64,000 nucleotides of DNA from Calditrichia bacterium (GTDB lineage Bacteria; Calditrichota; Calditrichia; JAJRVZ01). This document shows, piece after piece, positions 59,912 through 64,000 of the stretch (position 1 is its first letter; every line of letters begins with the position of its first letter). The stretch spans positions 184,753 to 248,752 of the forward strand of contig CAVZSQ010000003.1 of the NCBI GenBank assembly GCA_963777955.1, read 5' to 3'. Both the position numbers and the translations under genes were made by a program. The notes under the pieces were generated by a model. It did no database searches. It had not been told where the DNA came from and saw only the letters and a program-made list of their open reading frames with translations.

Positions 59912-62900
59912 ATGAAGGTCTTTCGAGTAATATCTATAATTATTCTCTTTACGATTTTTTATAAAACGTCTGATGCAACTATAAATATATCAGGTCAAGT
60001 TTCAGGTAAATGGACAAAATCAGAATCCCCCTATTATATCGATGACGATATTACAATTGATTCAGGGGATACCCTGATTATCGAACCGGGAGTGATTATT
60101 AAATTTTCACCGGGTAAGAGTTTGTTTGTAAATGGCACGTTAAAGGCCATCGGCCTGTCTGAGGATCGTATTACTTTTTCATCAACTCAAGCGGATCAAT
60201 ATTGGGGGATAATTCTTTTTCTGAACATGGATGCAAGTTTGAGTGAATTGGATTATTGCCTCATTGAAAAGGCATCGCATATCCGGGACTTCTGGGAATG
60301 GGGTGCAGTCTCAATTTCTGGCCTGAGAATACATATATCCAATTGTATAATTCAGAACAATCAGAATGATGGTATCTGGTGTGATTATCAGGGTTCGCAA
60401 CCGAGTGGTGTACAAATCAGAATTATGAATAATATCATTATGGAGAATGGAGAAGATGGTATTTTTACTGTCACTGAGGGAGACAGTGTTTTCCAGTGTC
60501 AATATAATCAGATATTACGAAATGGTCGTCATGGAGTTCAATTCTGGGTTGCGAACGGAATTTTTACGAACAATGTTGTTGCTGAAAACTCAGGACATGG
60601 TATATTTTTCACAAATTCAACTGCACGATTGAATTTAAATACGATTGCCAATAACTCGTCTATGGGTATCTATTGTGACTGGAATTCTCATCCAATAATA
60701 ACGAATAGCATTATTTATGGTAACCAGCAAGGGTCAATTGAATTAAAACAGTCTGAAATCGAAGTGACCTATACCGACATACAGGATTATTGGGACGGAA
60801 TTGGAAATATTACTTTCCCGCCTCAATTTGTTGATCCGGATGCGGATGATTATCATCTTTCACCTACTTCACCTTGTATTGACGGGGGTGATCCTGCCGC
60901 TGATTTTTCAAATGAACCAGAACCGAATGGTAGTGTTTTAAATATGGGGGCGTATGGCAATACTCCGGAAGCGTCACAGTCCACAACAAATGCACCGGAG
61001 ATTTTAGTTAAAACTCCAAGGCTCTTTTTTGGTAAATCAGCCAATGATGATTCGGTTAATCGGGAACTTGTTGTTAAGAATTTAGGTGATTTTATGCTAA
61101 CAATAGATAAAATTGAATTTGCGACAGAAAATTTTAGTGCAGATTATTCCACTATTAATATTCCCCCGCTTGATTCAGCCACCTTGTCTATATCTTTTAA
61201 TCCAAAAGGACAAAATGAAATTTATTCAGATACCTTGAGAATATATTCGAATGATATCAATGAAAACCCAACGTTGGTGCCACTGGAAGGACGTACTGGA
61301 ACTTACGTTTCTGGAGAAGTATCGGGTACATGGACGGTTGAACATAGCCCTTATTTCATTCAAACAAATGTGGTTGTGCCTGCTGGAGTCAGTTTAACAA
61401 TTGAACCAGGGGTTGAAGTGAAATTAAAACCATACCCTGAATGGCAAAATGGCGCTCTGTTCAAAGTTTATGGCACCTTGATTGCTGTCGGATCGCCAGA
61501 GGACAGTATTTATTTTACCAGAATGGAGGATAACGGCTGGTGGGGTGCCATCCTTTTTCAGGATGCGAGTAATGATTGCAGAATGGAATACTGTTCGGTT
61601 TCCTATGGTTCAGGGACCCAAGTTGGATCATATTCAGATTATGCTGCTGTATTCTGTTACAATTCCGCCCCGGCAATTAAAAATTCCTTATTTATTTATA
61701 ATATTTATGGTATTTCAATTCGGGAGTATTACGGTGGTAATAAAGCTGTTATCATGAATAATCTATTTGTGTACAATATGGAATCTGGAGTCAATAACGA
61801 AGTTCTGAATACTGTAATAAAAAACAATATCATGCATCATAATGGCACTGGAATTTCCTGTATGGAAAGAGCAGTCATTGCAAACAACACTATTGTTAAT
61901 AATACAACCGGAATATGGTTAAGTGGTTATTCCAAATCGTTGGTGAAAAACTGTATTATCTGGAATAATTCGACTAATATTGAAGATCTGAATATTGATT
62001 GGGCGGGTGCGGTTGAAGTAAAATTTTGTGACGTACAAGGAGGTTGGTCCGGTTATGGTAATCTTGATATGAATCCTCTTTTTGTCAACGCTGATTTAAA
62101 TGACTATCATTTGCTTCCTTTATCGCCCTGCATAGATGGTGGTGATCCAATAGATGATTGTACCCTGGAACCTGTACCCAATGGCGGGATTGTGAATATG
62201 GGTGCTTTCGGGAATACGTTGGAAGCTGCTCCGTCACCGGATAACGCACCTGAAATACTCATCACCCAACCGATGATTGATTTTGGTTTGCTAGCCACAA
62301 ATCAGCAAGACTCTTCCCTTGTGACCATAAGAAATATTGGAACAAGTCCCTTGAATATCATGAATATAGTATTAGATAATTCTTCGTTTAGTTGCGTATG
62401 GGAACAGACAGAAATAGCGCCGGATGACAGCATTAATATTTGGATATACTTTCAAAGTCCTACTGAGGGGACTTTTTTAGACACACTGTGGTTATACAAT
62501 AATGACCTCTCAGAGGGAATAAGCTTTGTCCTCCTCCAAGCTAAAACGACATCTGCTCTGTTCGGTGAAATCTCAGGATCATTCACCAAGGAGCATGGCC
62601 CGTATATTATCGGCTCGGATGTCACTGTTCCTGCAGCAGCAACACTTACTTTGGAACCAGGCGTACGTCTTGAATTTATGGCTAAGGCATCACTTTTTGT
62701 TTATGGTACGTTGAATTGTGTTGGTACTGAAGAAGATAGTATTATTTTTACGACTCATACTGACCAACAATATTGGGGTAGTATTTATTTCGGGCTGGAG
62801 AGTGATGATAGCAAAATGCAGTATACCGTTGTCGAGTATGGTAAAGGATACGGTAAATATATCGGTTCCTTTTTCGGTGCAGCGGTTTCTCTGATCGCCT

Positions 62901-63847
62901 GTGAGGGTTCCGGACCCCTGTTTTCACATAATATGCTTCGTCCGATCGGTATAGGGGGCATTTACGTTATGAGTGCCGTTACTGAGATAACGGATAATAA
63001 AGTATTGGGAGGTGCCTATGCGGGAATCCGGAGTTGTAACAGCACGACATCCATCATTAGAAACTTTGTCCAGGGAAATAGCGATCATGGTATCGATGTC
63101 GACGGTGGCGGTAGTTCTGTGCTGACCAATAATATTCTGGTTGGTAACGGTAATGGTGTGTACAATGCGGATACTGATATTCAAATTATCAACAATACGA
63201 TAACGGATAACTCGAATTCGGGAATCATGTGTTGGGGTTCTATTACGTCACGAAAAATTAAAAACAATATTATCTGGGGTAATTATCAACCATTTTATCT
63301 TTATGGTGGCGCTGAATGGGCAAAAATCGATGCTACCTATAATGATATTGAGGGAGGTTGGGAAGGCGAAGGAAATATTGATCTGAATCCTGAATTTGTG
63401 AATGCTGAGGACGATAATTATCGTTTAGGTGAAAACTCAGCATGTATCAATGCCGGTGATCCGAATCATAAGTATAATGATAAAGATGGTTCGCGAAATG
63501 ACATGGGCGCTACAGGTGGATTGAATGGATACTATTTGATTACATCGGTTCATGATACTGCTAATATTGAGAATGCAATTCCAAAATTCTTTTCTTTATC
63601 CCAGAATTATCCCAATCCCTTCAATCCCAGCACGACTATCAGTTATAATCTCCCGGTGCGCAGTCATGTACTGCTTCGAGTGTATGATCTGCTCGGTCGG
63701 GTAGTGGCGACAATGGTGAATGAGAATCTGAATGCCGGCTCACACGCAGCATTCTGGAACGCAGCGGGCTTTGCCAGTGGAGTGTATCTGTATCGACTGC
63801 AGGCTGGGAAATACACTGAAACGAAGAAACTTGTTTTGCTGAGATAA
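59912..63847 (+). CDS. 1311-aa right-handed parallel beta-helix (PbH1-repeat) cell-surface protein with threefold internal modular duplication and a T9SS C-terminal sorting domain
   Basis: Signal peptide. Three module starts: ISGQVSGKWTKSESPYYIDDDITI..EPGVIIKF, VSGEVSGTWTVEHSPYFIQTNVVV..EPGVEVKL and FGEISGSFTKEHGPYIIGSDVTV..EPGVRLEF. Three ..NGS/GxVNMGAxGNTxEAxxSxxNAPEIL junctions. C-terminal FSLSQNYPNPFNPSTTISYNLP. Confidence 0.8.
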   Translation: MKVFRVISIIILFTIFYKTSDATINISGQVSGKWTKSESPYYIDDDITIDSGDTLIIEPGVIIKFSPGKSLFVNGTLKAIGLSEDRITFSSTQADQYWGIILFLNMDASLSELDYCLIEKASHIRDFWEWGAVSISGLRIHISNCIIQNNQNDGIWCDYQGSQPSGVQIRIMNNIIMENGEDGIFTVTEGDSVFQCQYNQILRNGRHGVQFWVANGIFTNNVVAENSGHGIFFTNSTARLNLNTIANNSSMGIYCDWNSHPIITNSIIYGNQQGSIELKQSEIEVTYTDIQDYWDGIGNITFPPQFVDPDADDYHLSPTSPCIDGGDPAADFSNEPEPNGSVLNMGAYGNTPEASQSTTNAPEILVKTPRLFFGKSANDDSVNRELVVKNLGDFMLTIDKIEFATENFSADYSTINIPPLDSATLSISFNPKGQNEIYSDTLRIYSNDINENPTLVPLEGRTGTYVSGEVSGTWTVEHSPYFIQTNVVVPAGVSLTIEPGVEVKLKPYPEWQNGALFKVYGTLIAVGSPEDSIYFTRMEDNGWWGAILFQDASNDCRMEYCSVSYGSGTQVGSYSDYAAVFCYNSAPAIKNSLFIYNIYGISIREYYGGNKAVIMNNLFVYNMESGVNNEVLNTVIKNNIMHHNGTGISCMERAVIANNTIVNNTTGIWLSGYSKSLVKNCIIWNNSTNIEDLNIDWAGAVEVKFCDVQGGWSGYGNLDMNPLFVNADLNDYHLLPLSPCIDGGDPIDDCTLEPVPNGGIVNMGAFGNTLEAAPSPDNAPEILITQPMIDFGLLATNQQDSSLVTIRNIGTSPLNIMNIVLDNSSFSCVWEQTEIAPDDSINIWIYFQSPTEGTFLDTLWLYNNDLSEGISFVLLQAKTTSALFGEISGSFTKEHGPYIIGSDVTVPAAATLTLEPGVRLEFMAKASLFVYGTLNCVGTEEDSIIFTTHTDQQYWGSIYFGLESDDSKMQYTVVEYGKGYGKYIGSFFGAAVSLIACEGSGPLFSHNMLRPIGIGGIYVMSAVTEITDNKVLGGAYAGIRSCNSTTSIIRNFVQGNSDHGIDVDGGGSSVLTNNILVGNGNGVYNADTDIQIINNTITDNSNSGIMCWGSITSRKIKNNIIWGNYQPFYLYGGAEWAKIDATYNDIEGGWEGEGNIDLNPEFVNAEDDNYRLGENSACINAGDPNHKYNDKDGSRNDMGATGGLNGYYLITSVHDTANIENAIPKFFSLSQNYPNPFNPSTTISYNLPVRSHVLLRVYDLLGRVVATMVNENLNAGSHAAFWNAAGFASGVYLYRLQAGKYTETKKLVLLR

Positions 63848-64000
63848 GGAGATAGTAATTACCAAAAAGCTTTCCTCATACAAAAACCTTTCTTCTACTG
63901 ATTACCCCCTTCGGAGTAGAGATACCTTGGAGGGGGTATTTTACTGTTTCCAGGCAAATGTAACGATCATCAGGGTTCTCTGTGACCCCCATCCGCCCCG

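Noticed and set aside
1-64000. CRISPR arrays, rRNA genes, transposases
   Set aside because: No regularly spaced direct repeats of 25-40 bp with unique spacers are present. There are no 16S/23S-like stretches and no ORF with DDE or tyrosine-recombinase motifs.
1-64000. Programmed ribosomal frameshifting, or an alternative genetic code, as the explanation for the split genes
   Set aside because: Nine different, unrelated genes are affected with no shared slippery heptamer or downstream structure. TGA and TAA both act as genuine stops at well-supported gene ends. Sequencing error or pseudogenisation is the simpler explanation.

Overview
The 64 kb window reads as a chromosomal segment from a non-Bacteroidetes member of the FCB superphylum. 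Supporting signs are three exported proteins ending in the T9SS C-terminal sorting motif (QNYPNPFNP..TTI), OmpA/porin-like proteins with thrombospondin-type-3 Asp-rich repeats, the absence of SusC/SusD, and standard code with TGA used as stop.

Gene content in order:
- A GAF/HPt signalling protein cut off at the window start, then a C-type-lectin lipoprotein, tRNA-Val and a DUF3098-like small membrane protein.
- An alpha-glucan/maltodextrin utilisation locus (about 3.3-15.6 kb): a secreted GH13, an SSF symporter, MalEFG-like ABC components, a TrmB-family regulator, a cytoplasmic GH13 and a large CBM48-GH13-T9SS enzyme.
- Envelope and housekeeping genes: TSP3-OmpA, ispH, a SPOR protein, a SpoIID/LytB homologue, glgC, ornithine aminotransferase, a homocysteine methyltransferase plus a MetH-activation-like domain, an MsbA-like ABC exporter, an M19 dipeptidase, icd, PFOR (nifJ) with a DHOD-like neighbour, archaeal-type iPGM and a transketolase-family TPP enzyme.
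- A DinG/XPD-family helicase with an N-terminal nuclease-like extension.
- A degenerate sigma54-activator-like regulator, convergent with a four-gene minus-strand operon of unknown function: a flotillin-like SPFH protein, two aminotransferase-fold proteins (one degenerate, one with a 430 aa extension) and a 697 aa hypothetical.

The most unusual stretch is 55.4-59.5 kb, which also reaches the window end. It holds one intact promoter-driven tRNA-Asp(GTC) and, upstream, two promoter-equipped tRNA-Asp-derived paralogues. These carry three conserved hairpin insertions with a compensatory base change and can no longer form an acceptor stem. Downstream are at least four partial copies of the tRNA-Asp 3' half, each followed by a terminator. 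They delimit cassette-like units encoding T9SS-secreted surface proteins (a BNR beta-propeller and a 1311 aa beta-helix protein) and a small GIY-YIG nuclease. A 55-nt repeat follows both T9SS genes. This looks like repeated site-specific integration, or cassette-style accretion, at tRNA-Asp.

At least eight conserved genes are split by single-nucleotide indels, many in short homopolymers, and a ninth has an in-frame TGA. Consensus sequence error is the likeliest cause, with real pseudogenisation the alternative. I called each such gene as one feature spanning both halves. Two short interspersed repeat families and several GC-rich palindromes act as intergenic punctuation. No CRISPR array, rRNA or obvious transposase was found.
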